Source of the DNA: Clostridia bacterium
Lineage (GTDB): Bacteria > Bacillota > Clostridia > Christensenellales > Aristaeellaceae
Length of the DNA: 64,000 nucleotides
NCBI GenBank assembly: GCA_045617125.1
Contig: JAZLIA010000034.1
Coordinates: 3,739-67,738, forward strand
Direction: 5' to 3'
Position numbers and translations under genes: made by a program. How positions within the stretch are numbered: the stretch's first letter is position 1; each line of letters begins with the position of its first letter. The notes beneath the pieces were generated by a model. The model was not told where the DNA came from. It searched no databases and worked only from the letters and a program-made list of their open reading frames with translations. Positions 15,966 through 25,413 of the stretch are shown piece after piece.

Positions 15966-16841
15966 TCATCGGTGATCACTTTCCGGAAAAAGCCGCCCAT
16001 TCCGCTCATAAAGCGGAATAAAAACAGGATGCTCTTTCAGATGCTCATTTGGAGTATGCAGCGTAAGATAAAGCTGTCCCTCTCTGGTGCCAAACACCAT
16101 GCCATGGCCTCCGTCCTTCCTGAACAGAGGCTCCAGCTGCTCCCAGGGTCCAAAGATCTCCCCGCTTTTCGATAATGCCAGGCCTTCCGTGTATCCTTCC
16201 TCGGAAAAGCTGGCCCAAAGGCACAAAAGGGTACCGTCTCCGCATAAATGCAGGAAAGGTCCATCTGTCACACAACCATTCACCCCGCTGGAATGGTGCA
16301 TCGTTTTGCACCAGGGGGCCTGAGAAGCGGTGAACATCAGCTCCGGTTCTCCCTGAGGCTGTTTCAGATCCATCGTCAGGGGCAGGGCCAGGATCTGCCC
16401 GTCCCCCGCCTGGACCCATTCATGACAAAACACCATATAGGGCTTTCCCTCCCGGGATACATGGAAGGTGCCGTCCAGACACTCCCAATCCCTCGGAGTT
16501 ACGGGCCCGTCCGACCAGGGAATAAAGGGCCCTCTGGGCGTTTCAGCTCTCAGGATCTGCGTGCCGCGGCAGCGTTCCGGGCTTTTGAAGCTGGCAAACA
16601 TATAGTAAGCCCCCTGCCACACATGCACCTCCGGCGCCCAGTAATTCCGGTCCGCCCAGAAGGTGCCGTCATTATGGAAGCACTCTGCTGGGCCTTCCCA
16701 CTCTGAAAGATCCCGGCTGAAATACACATCAAACCCGTCTGCCGGGCCCCAGCAATCCGCTCCCCGGGTGCCGTAAAGATAATATCCTTCTTCCGTGACC
16801 AGCACAAAGGGATCCCTGATGTTGATCATTTCGGTTTTCAT
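15966..16841 (-). CDS. Glycoside hydrolase family 43 (arabinanase/arabinofuranosidase/xylosidase-type five-bladed propeller)
   Basis: MKTEMINIRDPFVLVTEEGYYLYGT, NYWAPEVHVWQGAYYMFASF. ATG at 16841 is preceded by AAGGAG. No signal peptide. Confidence 0.75.
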   Translation of the reverse strand: MKTEMINIRDPFVLVTEEGYYLYGTRGADCWGPADGFDVYFSRDLSEWEGPAECFHNDGTFWADRNYWAPEVHVWQGAYYMFASFKSPERCRGTQILRAETPRGPFIPWSDGPVTPRDWECLDGTFHVSREGKPYMVFCHEWVQAGDGQILALPLTMDLKQPQGEPELMFTASQAPWCKTMHHSSGVNGCVTDGPFLHLCGDGTLLCLWASFSEEGYTEGLALSKSGEIFGPWEQLEPLFRKDGGHGMVFGTREGQLYLTLHTPNEHLKEHPVFIPLYERNGRLFPESDHR

Positions 16842-16854
16842 ATTCTGTCTCCTT

Positions 16855-18249
16855 TCATTGCCGGTTCTCAAAGGCCTGCATCAGCGGCTGCAAACGGCTG
16901 CGCCCGGTAAAAAAGCAGGCGTTTTCCGTACGCGCCAGCACATAAAAATCATCATACGGCTCATAGGTCACCATAACCCCGGTGCCGTCCTTCAAACGGT
17001 AGACCAAAGTGAGCAAAGGCTCCCGTTCCGGCTGCTTTTCCATGCAGGGTTTATCCAGAAGGATACCGACTGCGGCACGGTAAAGCTCCGAGAAGCGTGC
17101 CGCAGAAACTGTTTCCCCATTCACACGGTAGTATTCCTCCCCGGCTTCCCCCACATTTTCCAGCGTTATTTTTTCTTCTCCCGCTTGCACCGTCAGCACA
17201 GACACATCCTGGGCATTGATCAAGCGCACAAAGGGGTCCAGCAGATAATCCGGAGTCGCGCTTTCCAGAAAAAGCAGATGTTCTCTGTTAACAAGGTATA
17301 CGTCCGTTCCCCGATCCATGCACGCATAGACCTGCCCGTTTTCCGCGTCCGCCCCTATCCGGATATCGCGGATCGTGCCGTCCTGAAGCACCAGCACCAG
17401 TCTGTCGGCCCGGTCCATTCCGTAAAATGCCGCGTCCTCCGCTTCTTCCATCGTGCCCGCGTAAGACATCGCCTCAAGCCCGGCAATGCCGGTGATCAGA
17501 CGCCCGATCCCCGCGGCATTGCCCGGATGGGAAAAAGGGGATGAGATCTCCCAGCCGGTTGCACCGTTTTCCGTTCCGGTGCGTTTCACGATCCACTGCA
17601 CCCCATCCAGCACATAAGCCGCCTGGACCGCTTCCGACGTCTCCGCCAAAAGCTTTCCCGGCAGCCAGTGCTTTTCCTTCAGGGAACCCAGCATCAGCTT
17701 TTTCAGATCCGCCGGGGCGGTATACACTGCCTGATCCTCTCCTGAAAGAAGAAAGCAGGAAGCGCCGTCGGCCGTTTCGTCTCCGATGCGCAGCTCCGTT
17801 TTTTTCCCGCTGCTCCAGTTGATCTCGATCACCCCGTCAGGAGAAAGCAGGCCGCAGGCATCCTTATCGATGCCTTCATATCTTCCCGTCACCGGCAGAT
17901 GCTGCGCCAGCACCATCACCGTCTGGAAAAAGGACGGAGACAGCCTGAAGCTTTCATTACCCTCCACCAAAACGGGCTGTCCCAGGGCGTTATAAACGCC
18001 CGCCAATTCCCCTGACGGATAGAAAGCCAGATCGCTCTTCAATAAATAGCTTTCCCCCGGCAAGGTGACACGCATGCTCTCAAACTGGTCAAGAGGCCGC
18101 TCATACAGAAAGAACCATCCGTTTTCCTCTTCGGTACTATTCTCCGTTAATACCGTTTTTCCTGTTTCCGGTTCCCCGCTCAGGAAAAAAACCGCAAAAG
18201 TCAGGCAAAGCAGAAAAGTCAGAATGAAAAGGACGCGGCCTTTTTTCAT
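16855..18249 (-). CDS. DUF4340-like membrane-anchored protein (accessory to GldG-type ABC systems)
   Basis: N-terminal anchor MKKGRVLFILTFLLCLTFAVFF. Its position directly after a GldG-like gene is the usual DUF4340 context. The start at 18249 makes an ATGA overlap with the upstream gene. Confidence 0.5.
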   Translation of the reverse strand: MKKGRVLFILTFLLCLTFAVFFLSGEPETGKTVLTENSTEEENGWFFLYERPLDQFESMRVTLPGESYLLKSDLAFYPSGELAGVYNALGQPVLVEGNESFRLSPSFFQTVMVLAQHLPVTGRYEGIDKDACGLLSPDGVIEINWSSGKKTELRIGDETADGASCFLLSGEDQAVYTAPADLKKLMLGSLKEKHWLPGKLLAETSEAVQAAYVLDGVQWIVKRTGTENGATGWEISSPFSHPGNAAGIGRLITGIAGLEAMSYAGTMEEAEDAAFYGMDRADRLVLVLQDGTIRDIRIGADAENGQVYACMDRGTDVYLVNREHLLFLESATPDYLLDPFVRLINAQDVSVLTVQAGEEKITLENVGEAGEEYYRVNGETVSAARFSELYRAAVGILLDKPCMEKQPEREPLLTLVYRLKDGTGVMVTYEPYDDFYVLARTENACFFTGRSRLQPLMQAFENRQ

Positions 18250-19685
18250 GTGCGGCGCCTCCTTGACAAAAGCACTCCGATCATCGTAAGCAGCACAAGA
18301 GCAGGCATGAAAAAGCACAGAAGAAGAGAAACCGTGTTCTTTTCCGCGTCATTATCAAACACGATCAGCCGGGCCGGCAGCTGCTTTACCCCGGCATCCA
18401 GGGAATACATGACTTCCCGGTCCGTCATATACCGGATCACCCCAGAGATCAGGGAAAGATTCCCGCTGATATCCTGAATGCTGACAGGCGTTTCCCCGGT
18501 GCTTTCATCCATACACGCTTCAGCAGAGGAAAGAAGAAAGATGCGGGTCCCCGCGCTGCTTTCGCTTTCACAGGCCAGGATGAAGCTGCCCACCGTATCC
18601 TCCTCACTGCTTTCCCCGCTCGGAAGGGAAGGATCCCTGTGCAGCACCGCATCCAAAGAAGTGCGGAGCAACACCCGGTGAACCACCCCCGGCCGGCTGC
18701 CGGGCACCTTCAGGGCAGAGGAACGCGGCAGGATCGGCTGCGTCGTCATTTCCTTCAGGATCCCGTTATCCGGTTCCGCCGCAGGAGACAGCCAATCCGT
18801 GCGCTCAGCATAAAACGCGGTCGCAGAGGCTTTTTCTTCCGTCAGACCCGCGCAAAAGCCCAGGCCGTACAGATCCAGAATACCGTTCAGATGCGTCAGG
18901 TTTTCCACCGGCGTATCCGCTCCCGCAGCCACGGCGAGCTTTCCGCCCTCCTGCAGGAAGGCAATCAGCTTTTCCGCCTCCAGCTGCGTCAGGTCGGTTT
19001 TCGGGTCCACGATCAGAAGAAGATCCCGGTTTGTCAGCTCGGCAGTATACAAACTGCCGTCTGAAACCGTGAGTCCCATCGCATGCAGCTGCAGGGCAAG
19101 GCGGGAGCAGCGCTCCGTTCCCGCTTCACCGTGTCCCAAAGAAAACACCGCCCGTACCGGGGTTTCAAGGCACACATCGGCAATGCCGCCGATCAGACAG
19201 GCTTCTCCGCAGTATACTGTGTAGATCTCCTCCCCGATCCTGCGGGAAAACAGAAAATCCTTTGCTTCCAGACGGGTGATCCGATGCTTTTCCGCGTTTT
19301 CAGCAAAACAGGTCCCATCAGGCACCCCGCTGATATCGCCTCCGTTCAAACGCCGAAGCAGCTGAGGCTCACGAATGGGATCCACAAAACGGAAAGTCAG
19401 CTTTGAACAAACCGCGCTCATTTTCTGCAGCGTTTCAGTTTGCAGATCGCGAAGATACTCTTTCTCCCCCGAATGCACCGCCCACACGGTCACCGGCTCA
19501 GTAAGGGAGGAGAGCCGTTCCAGCGTATAGGGGCTCAGGGAAGAAAGCCGGCTCTGGGACACATCCAGCTTCAGATAATATTTCTTTTCCAGTCTTTCCG
19601 CCCCCATCACGGCCAATACAAAAAGCAGCACCGCCATGATCACAGCCAGCACCCGGAAAACGGAAAATGGGATCGTTTTTTTCAT
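18246..19685 (-). CDS. GldG-family ABC transporter auxiliary protein (ABC_transp_aux)
   Basis: N- and C-terminal TM anchors, and YYLKLDVSQSRLSSLSPYTLERLSSLTEPVTVWAV, typical of GldG-like proteins. It follows an ABC-2 permease. Confidence 0.6.
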   Translation of the reverse strand: MKKTIPFSVFRVLAVIMAVLLFVLAVMGAERLEKKYYLKLDVSQSRLSSLSPYTLERLSSLTEPVTVWAVHSGEKEYLRDLQTETLQKMSAVCSKLTFRFVDPIREPQLLRRLNGGDISGVPDGTCFAENAEKHRITRLEAKDFLFSRRIGEEIYTVYCGEACLIGGIADVCLETPVRAVFSLGHGEAGTERCSRLALQLHAMGLTVSDGSLYTAELTNRDLLLIVDPKTDLTQLEAEKLIAFLQEGGKLAVAAGADTPVENLTHLNGILDLYGLGFCAGLTEEKASATAFYAERTDWLSPAAEPDNGILKEMTTQPILPRSSALKVPGSRPGVVHRVLLRTSLDAVLHRDPSLPSGESSEEDTVGSFILACESESSAGTRIFLLSSAEACMDESTGETPVSIQDISGNLSLISGVIRYMTDREVMYSLDAGVKQLPARLIVFDNDAEKNTVSLLLCFFMPALVLLTMIGVLLSRRRRT

Positions 19686-20407
19686 GTGTTTTTCCTCCCG
19701 GAAACTCGTTTTCCCTCCAAAGACAGCACGGTCAGGAACACCAGGAGCGCGATAAAAGCCGCAAAGACGATCATGTCAGACAGGCCGATCAGCCCATTCG
19801 CCAGATCCCCCAGCCGGTTCGTTCCCGGTAAAATTCGGAGAACTGTTTCCGCAAAGGCAAAGGAGGGCATCCCGGGAAGATACTGCTCCGCAAGATAAAA
19901 CAGCACGTTCACGCTCAGCGTGATCAACCCTGCGGTGATTGGTGTGCGGCAAAGGGCGCTGATCAGCATTCCACTGGAGAGCATGCAGCACCCGGAAAGA
20001 AAATATCCCAGAAACACACACGCTGTTTCCGCAAAGGAGACCTCGGCATATCGGGAAATAAACACAAACATTCCCCCGGTCAGCACCATCGCGGCTGCCA
20101 GCATAAGGCAGGCGGAGAAGAACTTTCCCAGCACGATGGAAAGAAGCCGCACCGGAGCCGTTAAAAGCAGCTGATCCGTTTTCATGCGTCGTTCCTCCGC
20201 AAAAAGACGCATGGTCAAAAGCGGCGCGATCAGCAAAAAAGGAAGCTGCATCGCGGAAAGGGTCAGGTTTGCACTGGCGCTCATCTCCTGGCCGATATTG
20301 ATGAGCACAAAGACCACGCCGGATAATAAGGTATACATGGCCAGAAAAATATAGCCCGCAGATGTGCGGAAATATCCTCCAAGCTCATGAAACAGCACCG
20401 CCCTCAT
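19682..20407 (-). CDS. ABC-2 type transporter permease (GldF-like)
   Basis: MRAVLFHELGGYFRTSAGYIFLAMYTLLSG and six hydrophobic segments. The start at 20407 gives an ATGA overlap with the ATPase stop. Confidence 0.65.
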   Translation of the reverse strand: MRAVLFHELGGYFRTSAGYIFLAMYTLLSGVVFVLINIGQEMSASANLTLSAMQLPFLLIAPLLTMRLFAEERRMKTDQLLLTAPVRLLSIVLGKFFSACLMLAAAMVLTGGMFVFISRYAEVSFAETACVFLGYFLSGCCMLSSGMLISALCRTPITAGLITLSVNVLFYLAEQYLPGMPSFAFAETVLRILPGTNRLGDLANGLIGLSDMIVFAAFIALLVFLTVLSLEGKRVSGRKNT

Positions 20408-21345
20408 CTTCTTTCCTCCCCATTTCCGGTCAGTTTCACGAAGGCATCCTCCAGGGTGCCCCTTTCCGGTACCATTTCGAGAAGCACCATCTCCTGTGCG
20501 GCGCACATACGGAATACTGCCTCCCGCACATCCGCATCCTGTTCACAGAAAACCCGGTAATCATACCGTGAATCCGCATTTCCGGTACACTCCGCCTGAA
20601 CGACACCCTGTAAGCCGGAAAGCAGCGGGGCCGGATCAAAGCAGGAGCGGATGCTTACCAAAAGCATGTTCCTGTTCCCAATCAAATATGTCATGGGCCC
20701 GTCAAAGCACAATTTCCCCTGATTGAGCACAAGTGCCCTTTCACAGATGCCGGTCACCTCTCCCAGGATATGGGAAGAAAGCAGCACGGTTTTTTCTTTT
20801 CCGGCCGCCCTGAGAAGGTCTCTCATGCCGATCATCTGCAGCGGATCCAGGCCGCTGCCGGGCTCATCCAGAATAAGCAGCGGCGGATCTCCGATCAATG
20901 CCTGTGCAAGACCGGTGCGCTGTCGGTAACCCTTGGAAAGGTGACCGGCCAAACGTCCGGCATGATCGGAAAGCCCGGTCAGCTCCAGCACACGCCGTAC
21001 CTCCTTCCGGATCCCGGCTGCGGGCAGCCGTTTTAAGCGGGCACAGTAGCGCAGATACTCCTCCACCGTCATATCCGCATATAAAGGAGGCGTTTCCGGA
21101 AGATAGCCGATCTGCCTGCGGGCAGCCACCGGATCCTCCGCTATGTTTTTTCCGTCAAGGATCACTTCGCCCCCGCTCATTGAAAGATAGCCGGTCAGAA
21201 TGTTCATCAAAGTGGATTTTCCCGCGCCGTTCCTGCCAAGCAAAGCCGTAACGCTGCCCTGCTCCGCAGTAAAGGAAATATGATCCAGTGCTTTCACGCT
21301 TCCGTAACTTCTGCTCACTCCGTTCACCTGAAGCCATGCGTTCAT
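20404..21345 (-). CDS. ABC transporter ATP-binding protein (ABC-2/GldA-like)
   Basis: GRNGAGKSTLMNIL, LSKGYRQRTGLAQAL, LILDEPGSGLDP, SSHIL. Confidence 0.8.
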   Translation of the reverse strand: MNAWLQVNGVSRSYGSVKALDHISFTAEQGSVTALLGRNGAGKSTLMNILTGYLSMSGGEVILDGKNIAEDPVAARRQIGYLPETPPLYADMTVEEYLRYCARLKRLPAAGIRKEVRRVLELTGLSDHAGRLAGHLSKGYRQRTGLAQALIGDPPLLILDEPGSGLDPLQMIGMRDLLRAAGKEKTVLLSSHILGEVTGICERALVLNQGKLCFDGPMTYLIGNRNMLLVSIRSCFDPAPLLSGLQGVVQAECTGNADSRYDYRVFCEQDADVREAVFRMCAAQEMVLLEMVPERGTLEDAFVKLTGNGEERR

Positions 21346-23567
21346 TTTTCTTCCTCCTTCCTGCGGCGGTACTGCAGCGGAGTTTGCCCCGTCTTTTGCC
21401 TGAAGCGGCGTATGAAGGAGCTGGCATCATAATAGCCTACCTGTTCGGCGATCTCCTTCACAGGCAGATCCGTCTCATCCAGCAGCTTGCGCGACATTTC
21501 CACGCGCAGCATGGTCAGATATTCGAGCGGAGTCATTTTCATTTCTTCCTTGAACACCATGCTCAGCCGTGCCATAGGCATCGAGAAGGTCTCAGAGATC
21601 GCGCTGATGGACAGTTCCTTATCCGTGCAGTGCTCCCGGATGAATCCTGCCACCTCATCCATCATGCCGGGTGTTTTCGCCGCTTCCTTTTCACCGCCCG
21701 TTTCCTCCAGAATAAAGCCGCACAGCTTCCTGAGCAGCTCGCTCAGGTCATCCGCGCTGGAACAACCGGTGAGCGACAGGATATCATACACCTCATGTGC
21801 GTCCCGCTCCCGGGTCAGCTTTTCAAGATGCTCTCTGAGCAGAGTCTCGATCACCCCGTTATAGATCAGACGGAATGCAAAAGGCGACATATTGGTGCCC
21901 TTCAGGAATTGCAGCAATTCCTCAATTTTGGCATTGAGCATGTCCGCATCCCGCAGGAGCAGAGCATGGCTGATGCCGTCGGTGATCCGTTCCGCCTGCG
22001 GCATCACGCCGGAGATGCTCGGTGAAATATCCCGGTAATGCATCAGATGCTCCGCGTCCATCACGAAGCGGTTCTCATAAGCCGTAGCCGCCTCCAGATA
22101 GGCCGCCGGAGCTTGGGAAAAATCGCTGTGCACCGCTGAGATCGCGGTCACTGCCTGCTCAAAGCCCTCCCGGTTTTCACGGGAAATGGCTTCCGCCATT
22201 TTTTCCAGTTCCTCCTCCCGGTCAGCAAACAGCAGATACAGATACACATCCATTGCGATCAGCTCTATGCCGCAACCGCTCACCCCGTGAAAATCCCGGA
22301 ACGCTTCATCATTCAGGTCAAAGGGTGCGCCGTTCATTTCCATATTGGAGCTCAGCACCACCGCGTAATACACCCGGTCCGCATCCAATTCCACCCTGTG
22401 CGCTTCAAACACCGTTTCCTCACGGCTGCCGAAATGATCCTTCAGAAAGCGGATCACAAACTCATGACGCAGCATGGGAAGCGAATGAGCCAGCCGGTCC
22501 GACAGGGTGTGATTGCTGGCGGAAAGACGGTCAATGCCCTGCCGGATCTGCTGCCAGTCATCCCGGGTGGGTCCCTCCTGCGGAAACAGCTCCGACAGCT
22601 CCTGCACGGGCTTCCAGTTATGCCGGGCCAGCGGATACGCCACGCAGAAAGCCGCCAGCGCTAAACCGAGCATCAGGATCAGGATACGTCCGATGTTTTG
22701 GGCCGCATCGCTCATCATATCCCTTTCCTGCAAAAGAGATACGTAGGAAAACTCTCCAAAACGACCGTTCACCCGGGTCAGGATCCAGCTTTCTCCCTGC
22801 CAGGGAATCCTTGTTTCTCCCTTTACAAGCGCATCGAGCAGCATTTCATCCGGCAAAGGGAACTGAAGGGAAGACACCGCGACCTCTCCGCCCTGCAGGA
22901 TATAGGTGTTGTTCTCATGAGCCACCCGGTCGGAAAACAAGTCAAGATACACATCCTTGCGGATCATAAACATCAGCGATCCTTTTTTTCCATCCGGAAT
23001 ACCAAAGGGAAACACCGCGGTCACCACAGGTGAGTTTTTCCCATCCAGCAGGGGGCTCACCACCGACTGCTCCGGAAGAAAGGTAAACCGTCCCGGATCG
23101 TGCAGCAGGTTTTTCAGCTGCTCATCCGGCACGTTTTCCAATTCCATCATATCCAGAAGCATATCCAGCGTCATGGAATTTTCAGGCGAATAAACATGAT
23201 CGTCCGTGTTGAAGCACAAAAACATCTTTTCGCAGAAGGTATTGGTCACAGAATAAGCACTGATCTGCTGGATCAGGTCATACGCTCGGTCTGGATGCTC
23301 GCTGTAAACAAACGGTTCCACGAAGGGAGAGATCCCCATCTGATCCGCCGTGTTCTGCATCATGGAAAGGATCTCCTCATTGCGCTGGGCAATGCGGGCA
23401 AGACGGTTCAGCTGGCTGTTCACCGCTTCCTCCCGGGCGCTGTTCCCGGTGCTCACCGCATAAAAAATGAAGAAGAGCAGAAGCACCAGCAATATCACGA
23501 TCGCATAGGATACCGCAAACTTCAAAAACGCATAGGAATGCAGGAATCGGTTCTTGTTTTCTTTCAT
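21342..23567 (-). CDS. Membrane-anchored AraC-family transcriptional regulator with an extracytoplasmic sensor domain
   Basis: TM1 FLKFAVSYAIVILLVLLLFFIFYAV and TM2 ILILMLGLALAAFCVAYPL flank about 250 aa. C-terminal AraC HTH (LSISAISETFSMPMARLSMVFKEEMKMTPLEYLTMLRVEMSRKLL..., YYDASSFIRRFRQKTGQTPLQYRR). Confidence 0.75.
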   Translation of the reverse strand: MKENKNRFLHSYAFLKFAVSYAIVILLVLLLFFIFYAVSTGNSAREEAVNSQLNRLARIAQRNEEILSMMQNTADQMGISPFVEPFVYSEHPDRAYDLIQQISAYSVTNTFCEKMFLCFNTDDHVYSPENSMTLDMLLDMMELENVPDEQLKNLLHDPGRFTFLPEQSVVSPLLDGKNSPVVTAVFPFGIPDGKKGSLMFMIRKDVYLDLFSDRVAHENNTYILQGGEVAVSSLQFPLPDEMLLDALVKGETRIPWQGESWILTRVNGRFGEFSYVSLLQERDMMSDAAQNIGRILILMLGLALAAFCVAYPLARHNWKPVQELSELFPQEGPTRDDWQQIRQGIDRLSASNHTLSDRLAHSLPMLRHEFVIRFLKDHFGSREETVFEAHRVELDADRVYYAVVLSSNMEMNGAPFDLNDEAFRDFHGVSGCGIELIAMDVYLYLLFADREEELEKMAEAISRENREGFEQAVTAISAVHSDFSQAPAAYLEAATAYENRFVMDAEHLMHYRDISPSISGVMPQAERITDGISHALLLRDADMLNAKIEELLQFLKGTNMSPFAFRLIYNGVIETLLREHLEKLTRERDAHEVYDILSLTGCSSADDLSELLRKLCGFILEETGGEKEAAKTPGMMDEVAGFIREHCTDKELSISAISETFSMPMARLSMVFKEEMKMTPLEYLTMLRVEMSRKLLDETDLPVKEIAEQVGYYDASSFIRRFRQKTGQTPLQYRRRKEEEK

Positions 23568-25135
23568 GGTTCCGTCTCCCTGCTTCTGTTTGTATAGCGG
23601 GAATACACCTGCTGATAGAGCACAGTATACTCTTCCGCCCCGGCTTCTTTCAGGTTCCGAAGGAAGGCGGCATATTTCTGATCCGTTCCCCCATTCACTA
23701 CCGTGTCCACAATATAGCTGTCTACGACCGTTTTCAGCCTTTTATGCAGTTTCATGATCCGGGCCGATTCCTCACTGGTCCGGGGCGCTTCGGTGATGAC
23801 CGTTTTGAAGCTCACCTCCTCCAGTACGCCTGCTTCCTCATACAGGCTACAGTAGCCGCTTTTTTCCAAACGGTGTGGGGCCGGCACATACACCTGACTG
23901 TAATAGTCCTCAGGAGCAAAAAACTGGCCGACGATCACCGGCACGATCTGATAAAGCTCATTCTGATCGGGCACGTGGATCACTTCATACCTCCCGTCCT
24001 CTCTCAATGAAAGCAGCTCCCCCACCGGTCCGTTCTGAGACACCAGCATGGTCTCCGTTTCCATTTGGGCATCCAGCCATTTAAGAGAGGCGGGAATATC
24101 ATGATTCTGCGTGGTAAGTGACGCCCCGAATTCGATCACATCCTTCAGCCGGCTCATCCGCACCCTGTAACCGGAAGCACTGACGGGCAGCATCAGCTCA
24201 AACTGATCGGCGATCTCCCTGCGCAGCGCCGTATTGCTCAAACGCCAGTAGGAAAAGAACCCTGCCGTATCCTTATTCACCTTGGCGCTCCAGAGAGTGG
24301 AGCCCTGCGTGAGGCTCTCCGGATCCATCAGCTTTTCTTCCACCAGCATATGAAGCCAATCCAGTGTTTCGCGGAAGCCATTCACATAAGGGGCAAAATA
24401 CACCGTCCCTTCTCCGTCCGCAAACACGAATTCTTCATTCATTGGGATGCCAAAGGAACTGAAGGCATTGTAAAGGCCGGTGTTGCAGTCATCCAGCGTT
24501 GCTTCATAGGGGACCTCATCCCTGAGCCCGTTTCCGTTGGGATCCCTGTCCCTGAAGGCGCGCAGCACCTCCGTCAGTTCCTCCACCGTCCTTGGCACGG
24601 AAAGACCCAGCCGGTCCAGCCAGTTCCGATTGATAAAGTAATGCCCGTTGGTATTCACATCCTGAGAAAGCAAAAAGCCCACATAATAGGTGTGTTCGTC
24701 AGAGGCAGGCACCGTTCCCTCAAGGCCGCTTTCCTTCAGCCTTGCGGAATAAACCGGCATATACTCATCCAGATATTCATCCAGCGCAATCAGCTTTCCC
24801 TGGGTAACACCGTACTCCTCCGTATCCAGGGAGCCTCTGAGCACCATGTCGGTGTAGGTTCCGGATGCAAACATCAGCCTTTCCCTGTTTTCCCATTCCG
24901 CATCCCGCACCGCCTCAAAATCCACATGCACCCCGATCTTCTCTTCAAGCTGCCGGTAGAACCAGAGACTGTCAAAATCCACAGCCTGGTTTTCCAGCTC
25001 ATACTGCAGCGCAGTAAGGCGGACCGTATCCTTTTCCGTTTCCGGAAGCTCCTTTTTCTGACTGCATCCGGCCAGCAGCGCACAGGCTATGAGCAGTATG
25101 GTTATACGTTGGATACGTTTGTTTTTTAAGATCAT
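23564..25135 (-). CDS. Extracellular solute-binding lipoprotein (LplA-like family-1 sugar binding protein), co-operonic with the AraC sensor
   Basis: Lipobox LLAGC|SQ. Paralogous to the 27384 binding protein (RLTALQYELENQAVDFDSLWFY versus NLTAFQYALENQNTDFNNMWYF). ATGA overlap with the AraC start. Confidence 0.75.
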   Translation of the reverse strand: MILKNKRIQRITILLIACALLAGCSQKKELPETEKDTVRLTALQYELENQAVDFDSLWFYRQLEEKIGVHVDFEAVRDAEWENRERLMFASGTYTDMVLRGSLDTEEYGVTQGKLIALDEYLDEYMPVYSARLKESGLEGTVPASDEHTYYVGFLLSQDVNTNGHYFINRNWLDRLGLSVPRTVEELTEVLRAFRDRDPNGNGLRDEVPYEATLDDCNTGLYNAFSSFGIPMNEEFVFADGEGTVYFAPYVNGFRETLDWLHMLVEEKLMDPESLTQGSTLWSAKVNKDTAGFFSYWRLSNTALRREIADQFELMLPVSASGYRVRMSRLKDVIEFGASLTTQNHDIPASLKWLDAQMETETMLVSQNGPVGELLSLREDGRYEVIHVPDQNELYQIVPVIVGQFFAPEDYYSQVYVPAPHRLEKSGYCSLYEEAGVLEEVSFKTVITEAPRTSEESARIMKLHKRLKTVVDSYIVDTVVNGGTDQKYAAFLRNLKEAGAEEYTVLYQQVYSRYTNRSRETEP

Positions 25136-25332
25136 TTTCCCGTTCCTCTTTCCTGGGCTGTGCGGGACCTTTCCGTTTTTCAGGTCCGGTCCTCCTTCAA
25201 GGGTGCAATCCGTTTTTTATACACCCATATTATAGTATAAAATCCATTCAAATCCTATTGACAGAAATTTTGACAATTCCGCAAACACCCGGAAAACCCG
25301 GTTTCCCGGGGTGTATGCATAATTTTTACTGA

Positions 25333-25361
25333 TTGAAGAGAGGGGCCTTCCTTTCTATGAT
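25333..25361 (+). promoter_or_regulatory. SigA-type promoter for the sugar ABC permease operon
   Basis: TTGAAG at 25333-25338, a 17-bp spacer, TATGAT at 25356-25361. It lies 52 nt upstream of the TTG start at 25414. Confidence 0.4.
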
Positions 25362-25413
25362 ATAAGCACAGGACAATGCCATCATTCTTAGATACCGGGA
25401 GGAGTGAATACAT

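Noticed and set aside
25255-25275. The shared 13-mer CTATTGACAGAAA at 25255 and 30684, and the shared ACCCTGCGCGG near 6584 and 38019, considered as possible common regulatory motifs.
   Set aside because: Matches of 11-13 nt are expected by chance many times in 64 kb on two strands. The 30684 copy is simply part of a promoter -35 region, and the 25255 copy has no acceptable -10 at the right spacing.
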